DNA of 64,000 nt from an uncultured Clostridia bacterium. Lineage in GTDB: Bacteria > Bacillota > Clostridia > TANB77 > CAG-508. The stretch lies in contig CANQHC010000002.1 in assembly GCA_947623595.1 (NCBI GenBank), forward strand, positions 951-64,950, written 5' to 3'. The notes under the pieces are model-generated. The model saw only the letters and a program-made list of their open reading frames with translations, did not search any database and was not told the DNA's origin. Positions 20,092 to 31,777 of this stretch are shown piece by piece. A program made the position numbers and the translations under genes. Within the stretch, counting starts at the first letter, position 1; the number at the start of each line of letters is the position of its first letter.

Positions 20092-20108
20092 AAGAACGTT
20101 CTTTTTAT
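20092..20108. terminator. Candidate bidirectional terminator between the convergent gltD-like gene and the hypothetical gene
   Basis: AAGAACGTTCTT palindrome followed by TTTTAT. A second near-palindrome, AAGAATGTTCTT, follows it. Confidence 0.45.
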
Positions 20109-20130
20109 AAGAATGTTCTTTTGACTTATA

Positions 20131-21210
20131 TTAATTTTTTTCGTTTTGACTACTCCAAGAGAAAAGTCTTCTTATAGATTTGAATAGTTTTGCAATCTTT
20201 GATTCTTTAACGACTGTTAATGAAACATTATTCATAATAGCTTCATATAAATCTTCTAGAGCTGCCATCTTATCAACATAATAGTTACTAAAATCATAAT
20301 AATTATTTGTAATTCCAATATAGTTTTGATAATTATATAATTTAGTACGATAAAGCTCAATATCTTGTGTAGTAGTTAATTTATTAAATTCATTATTGAA
20401 GTAAGAAGAGAAGATTAGGTCCTGTGTTTGAATAAAGATTGTTTTTAAATCTTGTTTATAAGTTGAGATTTTTCCTGCAATTTTTTGGGCTTTAGAACCT
20501 TCACAATTATCTTCTAATAGACGATGGTTTTGAGCAATAATTTTTTCTTCAATATTTAAAATTTTATCCAAATTATCTTGTATTTTTAGGAATTCTTTTC
20601 TACCACAAGTTTTTATACATTCTAACTTAAATGAATCTGTACTGAAAAAAGTACTTTCAAATAATAAATCTTCACCAGTAATATAAGCTAATTGTCTTAC
20701 TAAATTACAAAGAATAGGGTAACAATTAGGACTAGTTGTTGGGAAAGAAATGTCATAATATTTTACAACATCTTCATTATGATTTAAAGTTTTTGCAGTT
20801 GCTAATTGAACAGCACCTTCATTTAAAGCCATTCCATAAGTTTTGAATTCTCCATATTCACAAAGACCTAAACGATATAAGTTACCTTTATTATCTTTTA
20901 CTTCTTGAATATAATGAATTAATTCATGAACAGCAAATTTTTCTAATTCTTCTAATGCTACTCCTTGTTTAAAGTATATAGAAGAGTTCTTATAAAAGTA
21001 ATTTGCTTCAGCATATCCTTCAGGCATTTTTGCTATATACATTGGAACTCTAGAAAGTTCTATAAATAATTGACCAGCACTAAAATGTGCTTTTGGAAAT
21101 GCGTTACAAATTTTATCAGCTACATTTTTAGCTAGAGAGTTGATACTTAAAGTATCTAACCTTCCAATAATTTCAATTCCATCTTTTTTTAAATCTGATT
21201 CTATACTCAT
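20131..21210 (-). CDS. Hypothetical protein with an HExxH zinc-metallopeptidase-like motif
   Basis: 359 aa from ATG 21210, with AAGGAG 8 nt upstream. Contains FAVHELIHYIQE. I could not assign a confident family. Confidence 0.5.
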   Translation of the reverse strand: MSIESDLKKDGIEIIGRLDTLSINSLAKNVADKICNAFPKAHFSAGQLFIELSRVPMYIAKMPEGYAEANYFYKNSSIYFKQGVALEELEKFAVHELIHYIQEVKDNKGNLYRLGLCEYGEFKTYGMALNEGAVQLATAKTLNHNEDVVKYYDISFPTTSPNCYPILCNLVRQLAYITGEDLLFESTFFSTDSFKLECIKTCGRKEFLKIQDNLDKILNIEEKIIAQNHRLLEDNCEGSKAQKIAGKISTYKQDLKTIFIQTQDLIFSSYFNNEFNKLTTTQDIELYRTKLYNYQNYIGITNNYYDFSNYYVDKMAALEDLYEAIMNNVSLTVVKESKIAKLFKSIRRLFSWSSQNEKN

Positions 21211-21400
21211 TTGTTTCTCCTTAGTATTTTCTCGCATATATTATACAACAGAAATTGACAAAAAAGTGTAACAACACTTTTACAGTTGTATTACAAATAT
21301 GTAACAAACATGAGCGAAAAAATAAAATGTTCCATATAAAATAAAGAACATCTTATTTTTTATTGTGAAATTACAATATTTGATAGTTTGACAAAATTTT

Positions 21401-23827
21401 TTATTTTACAACAATATTATAAATTTTATTTTTTACATAAATTTCTTTAACAATTGTTTTATTTGCTGTTGCATTTTGAATAGATGAAATATTATGTACT
21501 TTTTCTTTTACAGATTCTTCATCAGAATCAAGAGCAATGGAAATGGTTGCTTTGACTTTTCCATTTACTTGAATTGGAATTTCTATTTCTTCATCTATTG
21601 TTTTTGACTCATCATATGTAGGCCATGGAGTAGAGCTAATAGGAGTGGTTTCACCAAGAAGTTCGAATAATTCTTCTGTCATATGTGGTACAAAAGGATT
21701 TAATAATTGTAATAGAGTTTTAAATTCAGCTTTGTTAATATGTTTTGCTCTATAGAATTCATTTACCATAGTCATAAAAGTACTAACAGCAGTATTGAAT
21801 TTCATTTCTTCGATATCTGAAGAAACTTTTTTGATTGCTTTATGCATCATTTTTTCAAATTCAGGGGAGTATGAATCTCCAGGAGTTAAGAAGTCCTGCA
21901 TATTCCATACACGATCTAGGAATTTGTTGCAACCACGAATACTTTCCATAGACCATGGAGCTGTTTGATCAAATGGCCCCATAAACATTTCATAAATACG
22001 AAATGTATCTGCACCTAATTCATTAATTATATCATCAGGATTTATAACATTTCCTTTAGATTTCGACATTTTTTCACCGTTAGCACCTAAAATCATTCCA
22101 TGTGAGGTACGTTTTGAATAAGGTTCTTTTGTAGGAACAACTCCAATATCATATAAAAATTTGTGCCAAAATCTAGAATATAATAAGTGAAGTGTAGTAT
22201 GTTCCATTCCACCATTGTACCAATCAACTGGTCCCCAATAGTCTAAAGCTTCTTTTGAAGCAAGTTCATTTGGATTATGAGGATCCATGTAACGTAAGAA
22301 ATACCAAGATGAACCAGCCCATTGAGGCATAGTATCTGTTTCTCTTTGAGCTTCTTTTCCACAATGTGGACATTTTGTAGCTATCCATTCCTTATGTTTA
22401 GATAAAGGTGATTCTCCATTTTCGCCAGGTTCATAATCTTGTATATCTGGTAATTCCAAAGGTAATTCGCTTTCTGGAATTGGAACCCAACCACAGTCTT
22501 CACAATAAACCATAGGAATAGGTTCACCCCAATAACGTTGTCTAGAAAATACCCAATCACGTAATTTATAATTTACTTTTCTAGTTCCAATACCATTTTC
22601 TTCTAAGTAATTAATTACTTTTTCTTTAGCATCTTCAACAGATAAGCCTGTTAAGAAACCTGAATTAACTAATTTTCCAGTTGCAACATCTGTGAAAGCT
22701 TCTTTTTCAATGTCACAAATAGTATCAGGAGAATTAGATTCAATTACTTGAATCATTGGTAGATTGAATTTTTTAGCAAATTCCCAATCTCTAGTATCAT
22801 GTGAAGGAACGGCCATAATAGCACCAGTTCCATAGGTAATTAAAACATAATCAGAAACCCAAATAGGAATCTCTTCATTTGTTAATGGGTTTATTGCACG
22901 AATTCCCTGTATTTCTACACCAGTTTTTTCTTTATTTAGTTCAGCACGTTCAAAGTCAGATTTTAAAGCTGCTTGCTTTTGATAATTTTTTACTTCATCT
23001 AAATTACTAATTTCATTAGCTAATTCTTGAATAAGTGGATGCTCAGGTGCCACAACCATATAAGTTGCACCAAATAAAGTATCAGGTCTTGTAGTATATA
23101 CAATTAATTCTTCATCATGATTTGCAATCTTGAATTTTACTTCAGCTCCTTCGCTTCTACCAATCCAATTTTTTTGTTGAGTTTTAATTTTTTCTAAATA
23201 ATCAACATCATCTAAGTCGTCAATTAATCTTTGTGCATATTCTGTAATTTTTAACATCCATTGGCTTTTTTCCTTTTGAACAACGGGGCTACCACATCTT
23301 TCACAAACTCCGTTAACAACTTCTTCATTAGCTAAACCTACTTTACAGCCAGTACAAAAATTAATTGGCATGGTTGCTTTATAAGCCAAGCCATGTTTGA
23401 ATAATTGAATAAAAATCCATTGAGTCCATTTATAATATTCTGGGTCTGTTGTATTAACAGTTCTTGACCAATCAAATGAAAATCCTAATGCTTTTAATTG
23501 CTCAGTAAAATGAGCCACATTTTTTTCAGTAGTAATTTTAGGATGTACATGATTTTTTATTGCATAATTTTCAGCTGGTAAGCCAAATGCATCAAAACCA
23601 ATAGGATATAATACATTATATCCTTCCATTCTCTTTTTTCTAGCAACAATATCTAGTGCTGTGTAACTTCTAGGGTGGCCAACATGTAAACCTTGTCCAG
23701 AAGGATAGGGAAATTCAATTAAACCATACCATTTTTTTTGAGAAGGATTGTCTTTTGCATAAAAAGTACCTTCACGATACCATTTCTCTTGCCATTTTTT
23801 TTCAATTTCTTTAAAGTTATATCCCAT
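21401..23827 (-). CDS. leuS: Leucyl-tRNA synthetase
   Basis: 808 aa with class I HIGH (HVGHPRSY) and KMSKS (KMSKSKGN) motifs. Confidence 0.95.
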   Translation of the reverse strand: MGYNFKEIEKKWQEKWYREGTFYAKDNPSQKKWYGLIEFPYPSGQGLHVGHPRSYTALDIVARKKRMEGYNVLYPIGFDAFGLPAENYAIKNHVHPKITTEKNVAHFTEQLKALGFSFDWSRTVNTTDPEYYKWTQWIFIQLFKHGLAYKATMPINFCTGCKVGLANEEVVNGVCERCGSPVVQKEKSQWMLKITEYAQRLIDDLDDVDYLEKIKTQQKNWIGRSEGAEVKFKIANHDEELIVYTTRPDTLFGATYMVVAPEHPLIQELANEISNLDEVKNYQKQAALKSDFERAELNKEKTGVEIQGIRAINPLTNEEIPIWVSDYVLITYGTGAIMAVPSHDTRDWEFAKKFNLPMIQVIESNSPDTICDIEKEAFTDVATGKLVNSGFLTGLSVEDAKEKVINYLEENGIGTRKVNYKLRDWVFSRQRYWGEPIPMVYCEDCGWVPIPESELPLELPDIQDYEPGENGESPLSKHKEWIATKCPHCGKEAQRETDTMPQWAGSSWYFLRYMDPHNPNELASKEALDYWGPVDWYNGGMEHTTLHLLYSRFWHKFLYDIGVVPTKEPYSKRTSHGMILGANGEKMSKSKGNVINPDDIINELGADTFRIYEMFMGPFDQTAPWSMESIRGCNKFLDRVWNMQDFLTPGDSYSPEFEKMMHKAIKKVSSDIEEMKFNTAVSTFMTMVNEFYRAKHINKAEFKTLLQLLNPFVPHMTEELFELLGETTPISSTPWPTYDESKTIDEEIEIPIQVNGKVKATISIALDSDEESVKEKVHNISSIQNATANKTIVKEIYVKNKIYNIVVK

Positions 23828-24041
23828 AATTTTCGCCCTTTCTACATAAAAGCAATTATATTATTAAATATAAGAAGCTTTTTTATTATTTTTCGTGTAT
23901 ATTATATATCATTTTGTTAACAAAATAAAGAGAAAATTGAAATAATACGAAGAAAATAAAAGAAAAGTAAACTTAAAAGTTTTATCCTAAAAAATAAATA
24001 TATATTATACTGAAACCAGTTTTTGAGAAATAAAAAATAAC

Positions 24042-24070
24042 TTTACAATAAAAAATGCTTGGTATATAAT
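24042..24070 (+). promoter_or_regulatory. Sigma-A-type promoter of adhE (long 5' leader)
   Basis: TTTACA (24042-24047), a 17-nt spacer, then TATAAT (24065-24070). A leader of about 137 nt precedes ATG 24208. Confidence 0.5.
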
Positions 24071-24207
24071 AGCAAAGATGGGGAATACTAAAAGAAAAAT
24101 AGAATATTATAAGTTGTACAATATAAATTTTTTATTAGAAATAAAAGGAAAATTTATATGAATTACAATATAATTTCTAAAATAATCAAAAGAAGGGAAT
24201 GAATAAA

Positions 24208-26811
24208 ATGGCAAAAGAATTAAGTGAAGAAGAGAAGAAACAAATAGATGATATGATAAATGAATTAGTAGAAAAAGCAAAACAGGCTTCTAAAGAATAT
24301 ATGAAATTAAATCAAGAGCAAGTAGATTATATTGTTAAACAAATGGCAATGGCAGGATTGGAACATCACATGGAACTTGCTAAAATGGCAGTTGAAGAAA
24401 CAGGAAGAGGAATTTATGAAGATAAAATTACTAAGAATATGTTTTCTACAGAGTATATTTATCATAGTATTAAATATGATAAAACAGTTGGCGTAATTTC
24501 TGAGAATGAAGAAGAGGGATATGAAGAAATAGCAGAGCCAATAGGTATTATAGCAGGGGTAACACCTGTTACTAATCCAACTTCAACAACAATGTTTAAA
24601 GCTTTAATATCTGCCAAAACAAGAAATGTTATTATATTTGGATTTCATCCAAAGGCACAAAGATGTAGTGTAGCTTCAGCAAGTATTTTAAAAGAAGCAG
24701 CAATAAAAGCAGGAGCTCCTGAAAACTGTATTTTATGGATAGATCAACCTTCTATAGAGGCAACAAGAGCTTTAATGAACCATCCAGATGTAAATCTTAT
24801 TTTAGCAACTGGTGGAGCTGGGCTAGTAAGATCTGCTTATTCTTGTGGAAAGCCAGCTTTAGGAGTTGGACCAGGAAATGTGCCATGTTATATAGATAAA
24901 ACAGCAAATTTAAGAACTTCAGTTAATGATTTAGTATTATCAAAATCTTTTGATAATGGAATGATTTGTGCATCTGAACAATCAGTTATTGTAGATAGAG
25001 CTATTTCAAAAGAATTTGAAAATTTAATGAAAGAAGCGGGATGTTATTTTTTAGATGAAGAGCAAACAAAGAGATTAAGAGAAAGTATGTTTATAACAGA
25101 AAATGGTTGTAGCCTAAATGCAGATATTGTTGGTAAGAGCCCATATGATATTGCAAAAGGTGCAGGAATAGAAGTTCCAGAGCATACAAAAGTATTGGTA
25201 TTAAAGGAAAATGGAGTAGGAATAGAATATCCATTTTCAAAAGAAAAACTAAGTCCAGTTTTAGCATATTATGTTGTAGAAAATGAAGATGAGGGAATTG
25301 ATTTAGCTGAAAAATTAATTGAATTTGGTGGACTTGGCCATTCAGCTGTAATCCATTCTGAAAATGAAGAAACAATTCAAAAGTTTTCTAGAAAAGTAAA
25401 GGTAGGAAGAATTATTGTGAATTCGCCATCTACACATGGAGCAATTGGAGATATTTATAATACAAATATGCCATCTCTAACACTTGGCTGTGGAACTTTT
25501 GGAGGAAATTCTACTACTGCAAATGTATCATCAGTAAATTTAATTAATATGAAAAGAGTAGCAAAAAGAAGAGTTAATATGCAATGGTTTAAGGTACCAG
25601 AAAAAATTTATTTCGAAGCTGGCTCTATTGGTTATTTAGAAAAAATGCCTAATATATCAAGAGCATTCATTGTAACAGATGAATCAATGGTAAAACTTGG
25701 CTATATAGATAAATTATTATATCACTTAAGAAAAAGAAAGGAATATGTTCATTCTGAGATTTTTTCTGATGTTGAATCAGATCCATCTTTTGACACCATT
25801 TATAGGGGAGTTGAAATGATGAAAGAATTTAAGCCAGATGTTATCATTGCTTTAGGTGGAGGAAGTCCAATAGATGCAGCTAAAGGAATGTGGCTATTTT
25901 ATGAGCATCCAGAAGCAGATGCAGAAGGTATGAAATTGAAGTTTATGGATATTCGTAAGCGTACTTATAAATTTCCTAAATTAGGAAATAAAACAAAGCT
26001 AGTAGCAATTCCAACAACTTCTGGAACAGGTTCTGAAGTTACATCTTTTGCAGTTATTACAGATAAAAAATTAAATAAAAAATATCCTTTAGCAGATTAT
26101 GAATTAACTCCGGATGTAGCCATTATAGATCCAGATTTAGTAATGAGTCTTCCAAAATCAGTTACAGCAGATACTGGAATGGATGTACTGACACATGCAA
26201 TTGAGGCCTATGTTTCTAATATGGCATCTGATTATACGGATGGATTAGCAGAAAAAGCAGTAGAACTAGTTTTCAAAAACTTAAGAGAAGCATATAACAA
26301 TGGAAATAATAAGGTGGCAAGGGAAAAAATGCATAATGCAAGTACTATTGCGGGAATGGCTTTTACAAATGCGTTTTTAGGAGTAAACCATTCATTAGCT
26401 CACAAAATTGGTGCAGAATTTCATTTACCACATGGAAGAATTAATGCAATTTTACTACCTTATGTTATTAGATATAATAGCCAAAAGCCAACTAAATTTG
26501 TATCTTTTCCAAAATATGAGTACTTTATAGCAGATCAAAAATATGCAGATTTATCAAGAAGAATGAATTTCCCTGCATATGGGAATGAAGAAGGAGTTAA
26601 CTCCTTAATTGAAGAAATAAAAAAATTAAATGCAGATTTGAATATGCCAAAATCATTTAGAGAAGCAGGAATTGATGAACAAGAATTTTTGAGCAAAGTA
26701 GATATGTTAGCAGATAGAGCTTTTGAAGATCAATGTACAACTGCAAATCCAAGGCTTCCTTTAGTTGAGGAGTTAAAGCAAATTTTATTAGATTCTTATT
26801 ATGGCAAATAG
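24208..26811 (+). CDS. adhE: Bifunctional acetaldehyde-CoA/alcohol dehydrogenase
   Basis: 867 aa. N-terminal ALDH domain and C-terminal Fe-ADH domain. ATG 24208 has AGAAGGGAA upstream. The track's 24199 start is too close to the RBS. Confidence 0.93.
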   Translation: MAKELSEEEKKQIDDMINELVEKAKQASKEYMKLNQEQVDYIVKQMAMAGLEHHMELAKMAVEETGRGIYEDKITKNMFSTEYIYHSIKYDKTVGVISENEEEGYEEIAEPIGIIAGVTPVTNPTSTTMFKALISAKTRNVIIFGFHPKAQRCSVASASILKEAAIKAGAPENCILWIDQPSIEATRALMNHPDVNLILATGGAGLVRSAYSCGKPALGVGPGNVPCYIDKTANLRTSVNDLVLSKSFDNGMICASEQSVIVDRAISKEFENLMKEAGCYFLDEEQTKRLRESMFITENGCSLNADIVGKSPYDIAKGAGIEVPEHTKVLVLKENGVGIEYPFSKEKLSPVLAYYVVENEDEGIDLAEKLIEFGGLGHSAVIHSENEETIQKFSRKVKVGRIIVNSPSTHGAIGDIYNTNMPSLTLGCGTFGGNSTTANVSSVNLINMKRVAKRRVNMQWFKVPEKIYFEAGSIGYLEKMPNISRAFIVTDESMVKLGYIDKLLYHLRKRKEYVHSEIFSDVESDPSFDTIYRGVEMMKEFKPDVIIALGGGSPIDAAKGMWLFYEHPEADAEGMKLKFMDIRKRTYKFPKLGNKTKLVAIPTTSGTGSEVTSFAVITDKKLNKKYPLADYELTPDVAIIDPDLVMSLPKSVTADTGMDVLTHAIEAYVSNMASDYTDGLAEKAVELVFKNLREAYNNGNNKVAREKMHNASTIAGMAFTNAFLGVNHSLAHKIGAEFHLPHGRINAILLPYVIRYNSQKPTKFVSFPKYEYFIADQKYADLSRRMNFPAYGNEEGVNSLIEEIKKLNADLNMPKSFREAGIDEQEFLSKVDMLADRAFEDQCTTANPRLPLVEELKQILLDSYYGK

Positions 26812-26819
26812 TTTATAAA

Positions 26820-26858
26820 AATATGATAAGTTCAATAATGAATTTATCATATTTTTTA
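26820..26858 (+). terminator. Intrinsic terminator after adhE
   Basis: AATATGATAA...TTATCATATT 10-bp stem followed by TTTTT. Confidence 0.6.
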
Positions 26859-26906
26859 TAAGTTATTAAAGGCAAAAAATGTAAAATATGTATAAAAGAA
26901 TAAAAG

Positions 26907-26935
26907 TTGACATAAAATAGCAAAAGAAGTATAAT
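26907..26935 (+). promoter_or_regulatory. Consensus sigma-A promoter (TTGACA-17-TATAAT)
   Basis: TTGACA 26907-26912, a 17-nt spacer, TATAAT 26930-26935. Drives the hypothetical gene at 26982. Confidence 0.6.
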
Positions 26936-26981
26936 TAAGAGAACAGCAAATGCTGTAATATAAATAAAGGAGATATTGCAA

Positions 26982-27467
26982 ATGTCAAAAAGAGAACGGG
27001 CAAGAGAGATTTTAGAGGTGCTTGGAAATGCCGGATATGGAATTCAAGACCTAATATTACTCATTGACTTGATTGGCGAAATTGAAATGAACTACGATGG
27101 TGAAGGAGCTGTGAAAGTTACTGAAGAAGTCAAAATTAATGACACTATAAATGAAATGTTACATGAACTGCAAATTCCCAAAGGTCCTAATTATACATAT
27201 TTAAGTGAGTGCCTTTTGATGGCATATAATGATAATACTGTATTAAGACCTGCTACAAAAAAGTTATATCCTCAAGTTGGAGTAAAGTTTAATGTGGGCG
27301 CCATGGCTGTACAAAAAGGTGTTCAAAGAGCAATTAGTGAGAGCCTTAAGAATGCAAAAACTGAAACATTAAAAATGTATTTTGGTCCGGATTACGAAAA
27401 GATGCACCTAACTAACGACAAATTCTTGAATATCTTGATTGTCAAAATGCAAAATATTTTATTGTAA
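26982..27467 (+). CDS. Hypothetical protein (161 aa)
   Basis: ORF with RBS AAAGGAG upstream, its own consensus promoter and its own terminator. I recognised no family. Confidence 0.45.
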   Translation: MSKRERAREILEVLGNAGYGIQDLILLIDLIGEIEMNYDGEGAVKVTEEVKINDTINEMLHELQIPKGPNYTYLSECLLMAYNDNTVLRPATKKLYPQVGVKFNVGAMAVQKGVQRAISESLKNAKTETLKMYFGPDYEKMHLTNDKFLNILIVKMQNILL

Positions 27468-27476
27468 ATTTCCTAA

Positions 27477-27516
27477 AAACCGTAAAGAGCCTATAATAAG
27501 GTGCTTTACGGTTTTT
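27477..27516 (+). terminator. Intrinsic terminator
   Basis: AAACCGTAAAG...CTTTACGGTTT 11-bp stem followed by TT. Confidence 0.6.
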
Positions 27517-27639
27517 AATATACTTATTAGCAAATTGTTGTTATATAAATAAAGGAGGGGTTATTAAAATAAAAAGAGTAAAAAAAACGCATAAATCTTG
27601 ACAAATACTGGTATAATAATATATAATAATTGCATTATT

Positions 27640-27890
27640 GAGTTTTAAAATTGTTCATTATGTTGAATATGACGACAGGCTAAAAGTTACTAACAGAGAA
27701 TAAAGGTGAATGCGCTGAGAGCCTTTTATAGAAGAACATAGCTTTGCCAACACATAGGAGTAATAGCAATTTTTTATACAAGTGGAAGAGTAAATTTTAT
27801 AAAAAAATGATTCTCTTCAAGCTGGGTGGTACCGCGGAAATGAATTTCGTCCCTGCACTATTTATAAAAATAGTGATAGGGATTTTTTGA
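27640..27890 (+). ncRNA. T-box riboswitch leader of the aspS-gatCAB operon
   Basis: AGAGA stem-I motif (27692-27696). Conserved T-box sequence GCTGGGTGGTACCGCGG (27821-27837). Terminator hairpin TCCCTGCACTATTT...AAATAGTGATAGGGA followed by TTTTTT (27850-27888). It sits directly upstream of aspS. Confidence 0.85.
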
Positions 27891-27951
27891 TGTCAAATTA
27901 AAATTCCCTATTCTATTTGGAAGTATTTTTATAAGAAAGGGGAAATTAGTT

Positions 27952-29694
27952 ATGAGTTATCGTACACATACCTGCAATGAAATTAGTATTGAAGATATAG
28001 GAAAAAAAGTAAAAATTGCTGGTTTTGTAGAAACCATCAGAGATTTAGGAGGTCTAGTATTTCTAGACATAAGAGATATGTATGGAATTACACAAGTAGT
28101 TACTTCTGGTAGAACAGAAGATGTTGATTTTGCATCACATATTCCAATTGAATCTTCAGTTTGCGTAGAAGGAACTGTCAAGAAAAGAGATCCAGAAACA
28201 GTAAACGAGAAATTAAAAACAGGTTTAGTAGAAATTAGAATTGAAAAGATTGAAATATTAGGCAAAAGAACAAAAGAATTACCTTTTGAGGTGAATTCTA
28301 ATCAAAGTGTTAGAGAAGATTTAAGACTACAATATCGTTTCTTAGATTTACGAAATACAAAGTTAAAAGACAATTTAGTATTACGTGCACAAGTTATTCA
28401 ATATTTAAGAAATCAAATGGTTGAACAAGGATTTTTGGAAGTACAAACTCCAATATTAACTAGCTCATCACCTGAAGGAGCAAGGGATTATTTAGTTCCT
28501 AGCAGATTACATCCAGGTAAGTTTTATGCACTTCCTCAAGCACCACAACAATTTAAACAATTATTAATGGTTTCTGGAATTGATAAATATTTTCAAATAG
28601 CACCTTGTTTTAGAGATGAAGATGCTAGAGCAGATAGATGTCCTGGGGAATTTTATCAATTAGATATGGAAATGTCTTATGCAACACAAGAAGATGTATT
28701 TGAAACAATAGAACCAGTTATATATAATACATTTAAAAAATTTTCTAATAAGAAAGTAGCAAAATATCCATTTCCACGTATTCCATATAAGGAATCTATG
28801 CTAAAATATGGAACAGATAAGCCAGACTTAAGAAATCCATTAGTAATTATAGACATGACAGAGTTCTTTCAAAAATGTACATTCAAGCCTTTTATTGAGA
28901 AAACTGTAAGAGCAATTAAAGTAGAAAAGCATTTATCAAAGGGATTCCATGAAAAAATGTTAGATTATGCGATGTCAATTGGAATGCCAGGGCTTGGATA
29001 TTTAGAAGTACAAGAAGATAAGACTCTAAAAGGACCAATTGATAAATTTATTCCAGATGATTTAAAACAAGAATTTTTAAAGATAGCGGATGCAAAAACA
29101 GAAGATACAATTTTCTTTATAGCAGATAGTGAAAAAAGAGCTACTGAATTAGCAGGACAAATTAGAACAGAGCTTGGAAATAGACTTGAGCTAATTGATG
29201 AAAATAGTTTCCATTTTGCATGGATTATAGATTTTCCAATGTATGAATTGGATGAACATGGACAATTAAATTTCTGTCATAATCCATTTTCAATGCCACA
29301 GGGAGGATTGGAGGCACTAAATAATCAAAAGCCATTAGATATTTTAGCATATCAATATGATATAGTATGTAATGGAATTGAACTTTCTTCTGGAGCTGTA
29401 AGAAATCACAATCCTGAAATAATGATAAAGGTCTTTGAAATTGCAGGATATACCAAGAAAGATATAGAAGAAAAGTTTTCTGCATTGTTTAATGCATTTC
29501 AATATGGAGCACCTCCACATGCAGGAATTGCACCAGGTGTGGATAGAATGTTAATGCTTTTAACCGGTGCAGAAACTATTAGAGAAGTAATTGCATTTCC
29601 AATGAACAGTAAGGCTCAAGATTTAATGATGGGAGCTCCAGGAACAGTAACGAGAGAACAATTAAAAGATGTTCATATTCGTGTAATTGACTAA
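27952..29694 (+). CDS. aspS: Aspartyl-tRNA synthetase (context suggests the non-discriminating type)
   Basis: 580 aa. Class II aaRS with an N-terminal OB anticodon-binding domain and motifs 1-3 (e.g. FRDEDARADR, GAPPHAGIAPGVDR). Followed by gatCAB. Confidence 0.93.
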   Translation: MSYRTHTCNEISIEDIGKKVKIAGFVETIRDLGGLVFLDIRDMYGITQVVTSGRTEDVDFASHIPIESSVCVEGTVKKRDPETVNEKLKTGLVEIRIEKIEILGKRTKELPFEVNSNQSVREDLRLQYRFLDLRNTKLKDNLVLRAQVIQYLRNQMVEQGFLEVQTPILTSSSPEGARDYLVPSRLHPGKFYALPQAPQQFKQLLMVSGIDKYFQIAPCFRDEDARADRCPGEFYQLDMEMSYATQEDVFETIEPVIYNTFKKFSNKKVAKYPFPRIPYKESMLKYGTDKPDLRNPLVIIDMTEFFQKCTFKPFIEKTVRAIKVEKHLSKGFHEKMLDYAMSIGMPGLGYLEVQEDKTLKGPIDKFIPDDLKQEFLKIADAKTEDTIFFIADSEKRATELAGQIRTELGNRLELIDENSFHFAWIIDFPMYELDEHGQLNFCHNPFSMPQGGLEALNNQKPLDILAYQYDIVCNGIELSSGAVRNHNPEIMIKVFEIAGYTKKDIEEKFSALFNAFQYGAPPHAGIAPGVDRMLMLLTGAETIREVIAFPMNSKAQDLMMGAPGTVTREQLKDVHIRVID

Positions 29695-29821
29695 TTTTAA
29701 TTAGAAAATAAAAGAAATGATAAAAAAGGTTTTGAAAAATGTTTACAAAATTAAAACTTAAATATATTATAAAGCAAAAGGTAAAAAATAGCTAAACTTA
29801 TAAAAAGGAGATGAATTTTAA

Positions 29822-30109
29822 ATGCAAGTATCAAGAGAAGAAATTTTGCATATTGCAAAATTATCAAATCTAAATTTGAAAGAAGAAGAAATTGACACAT
29901 ATTTATTACATTTACAAGATATTTTAAACTTTGCAAATATTGTAAGTAAAGCACCAGTAGAGGGATTGGACGAAACTATAGGAGCAAATGATAATTATAA
30001 CGTATTTCGTAAAGACGAAGTTAAAGTATTTGAAGATAATGAAGCTTTACTTCAAAATGCACCAGAAAAAGAAAGAAATATGTTTAAAATTCCAAAAGTT
30101 ATTCAATAA
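29822..30109 (+). CDS. gatC: Asp-tRNA(Asn)/Glu-tRNA(Gln) amidotransferase subunit C
   Basis: 95 aa, MQVSREEILHIAKLSNLNLKEEEI, typical GatC. RBS AAAGGAG. Confidence 0.85.
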   Translation: MQVSREEILHIAKLSNLNLKEEEIDTYLLHLQDILNFANIVSKAPVEGLDETIGANDNYNVFRKDEVKVFEDNEALLQNAPEKERNMFKIPKVIQ

Positions 30110-30218
30110 AATTAATTTTAGCTGTAAATCATAAATTACAGCATGAACTGATAATAATAGAGGTTTATAGGTGGATCCACATAAAAACCTAAATATATTA
30201 TGCGAAGAAGGGAAGCAA

Positions 30219-31691
30219 ATGGATATTACAAAATTAACCGTACATGAATTGCAAGAAAAGTTGAAGGCAAAAGAACTTACTATTACAGAAATTACAAAAG
30301 CTTATGCAGATAATATAGAAAAATATGAAAAAGATGTACAAGCATTTATTACACCACTTGGAAATGAAGCTGTAAAAAAAGCAGAAGAAATACAAGAAAA
30401 AGTAGAAAATGGAGAAATAAATACACCACTAGCGGGTATCCCAATTGGAATTAAAGATAATATTTGTACAAAAGGAGTTAGAACAACTTGTGCTTCAAAA
30501 ATGTTGGAGAATTTTATTTCACCATATAATGCAACAGTAGTGGAAAAATTAGAGGAACAAAATCTAATCAATTTAGGAAAATTAAATATGGATGAATTTG
30601 CAATGGGAGCATCTACAGAATATTCTTATTTTCAAAAAACAAGAAATCCATGGAATCTAAATACTGTACCTGGTGGATCATCAGGAGGAAGTGCTGCTGC
30701 AGTTGCATCAAACATGGTTCCATGGGCATTAGGTTCAGATACAGGTGGATCTATTCGTCAACCAGCATCTTTTTGTGGGATTGTAGGGTTAAAGCCAACA
30801 TATGGGCTAGTATCTAGATATGGATTAGTAGCTTTTGCCTCTTCGTTAGATCAAATAGGACCAATTACAAAAGATGTAGAAGATGCAGCAATATTATTAA
30901 ATATTATTACTGGACATGATGAGAGAGATACAACATCAGTAAACAAGGAAAAGGTAGATTATACAAAAGCATTAAAAAATGATGTAAAAGGTTTAAAGAT
31001 TGGTATTCCAAAACAATATTTTGGAGAGGGAATAAATCCAGAGGTTAAAGAAAAATTAGAGGAAGCAATTGAAAAATATAAAGAACTTGGAGCAACAGTT
31101 GAAGAATGTTCATTAGACATTGCAGATTATGCACTTGCTACTTATTATATTATTGCTTGTGCAGAAGCAAGTTCTAACTTAGGTAGATTTGATGGAATTC
31201 GTTATGGATACAGAACAGAAAATTTTTCTAATTTAAAAGACATATATCGCAATTCAAGAAGTGAAGGATTTGGTTCAGAAGTAAAAAGAAGAATTATATT
31301 AGGTACTTATGTGCTTTCTTCTGGATATTATGATGCATATTATAAAAAAGCACAACAAGTAAGAACTTTGGTAAAAAGAGAATTTGACAAAGCATTTGAT
31401 AAATATGATGTATTATTAACTCCAACTTCTCCAAGTGTAGCTTTTGAAATTGGAACTAGGTCAAATAATCCTCTAGAAATGTATTTGGCAGATATTTGTA
31501 CAGTTTCTGTAAATATTGCAGGGCTTCCTGGGATTTCAGTTCCTTGCGGAGTAGATAGTAAAGGAATGCCAATAGGAATGCAATTAATTGGAAATAGATT
31601 TTCAGAAGAAACATTGATAAATGCAGCATATACGTATGAACAAGAAGTAAAATTTAGAGAAAAATATAGTCCTGAATTTAAAAAATTTTAA
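30219..31691 (+). CDS. gatA: Asp-tRNA(Asn)/Glu-tRNA(Gln) amidotransferase subunit A
   Basis: Amidase signature ([12 protein letters not shown]) and a catalytic Ser-cisSer-Lys context. ATG 30219 follows GAAGAAGGGAAG. Confidence 0.9.
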   Translation: MDITKLTVHELQEKLKAKELTITEITKAYADNIEKYEKDVQAFITPLGNEAVKKAEEIQEKVENGEINTPLAGIPIGIKDNICTKGVRTTCASKMLENFISPYNATVVEKLEEQNLINLGKLNMDEFAMGASTEYSYFQKTRNPWNLNTVPGGSSGGSAAAVASNMVPWALGSDTGGSIRQPASFCGIVGLKPTYGLVSRYGLVAFASSLDQIGPITKDVEDAAILLNIITGHDERDTTSVNKEKVDYTKALKNDVKGLKIGIPKQYFGEGINPEVKEKLEEAIEKYKELGATVEECSLDIADYALATYYIIACAEASSNLGRFDGIRYGYRTENFSNLKDIYRNSRSEGFGSEVKRRIILGTYVLSSGYYDAYYKKAQQVRTLVKREFDKAFDKYDVLLTPTSPSVAFEIGTRSNNPLEMYLADICTVSVNIAGLPGISVPCGVDSKGMPIGMQLIGNRFSEETLINAAYTYEQEVKFREKYSPEFKKF

Positions 31692-31777
31692 AATTCATGT
31701 GAGAATGAAATAAAATACAAAGAAAGGAGAATGGGGAAATATATTGTGCAAGAAAATTATTTCCTCAACTAGTGAAT

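Noticed and set aside
20131-21237. Upstream TTG/ATG extension of the HExxH gene to 21237
   Set aside because: The AAGGAG Shine-Dalgarno lies inside the extension, 8 nt upstream of the internal ATG at 21210. Similar reasoning moved the starts of adhE, gatA, hpf, murI, znuC, mcsA, the SASP gene, the cysteine-rich gene and both XRE genes.
23828-24200. Expected T-box leader upstream of leuS (minus strand)
   Set aside because: I searched both orientations of the region for the GGTGGTACCGCG core and its complement and found none. leuS here does not appear to be T-box regulated within this window.
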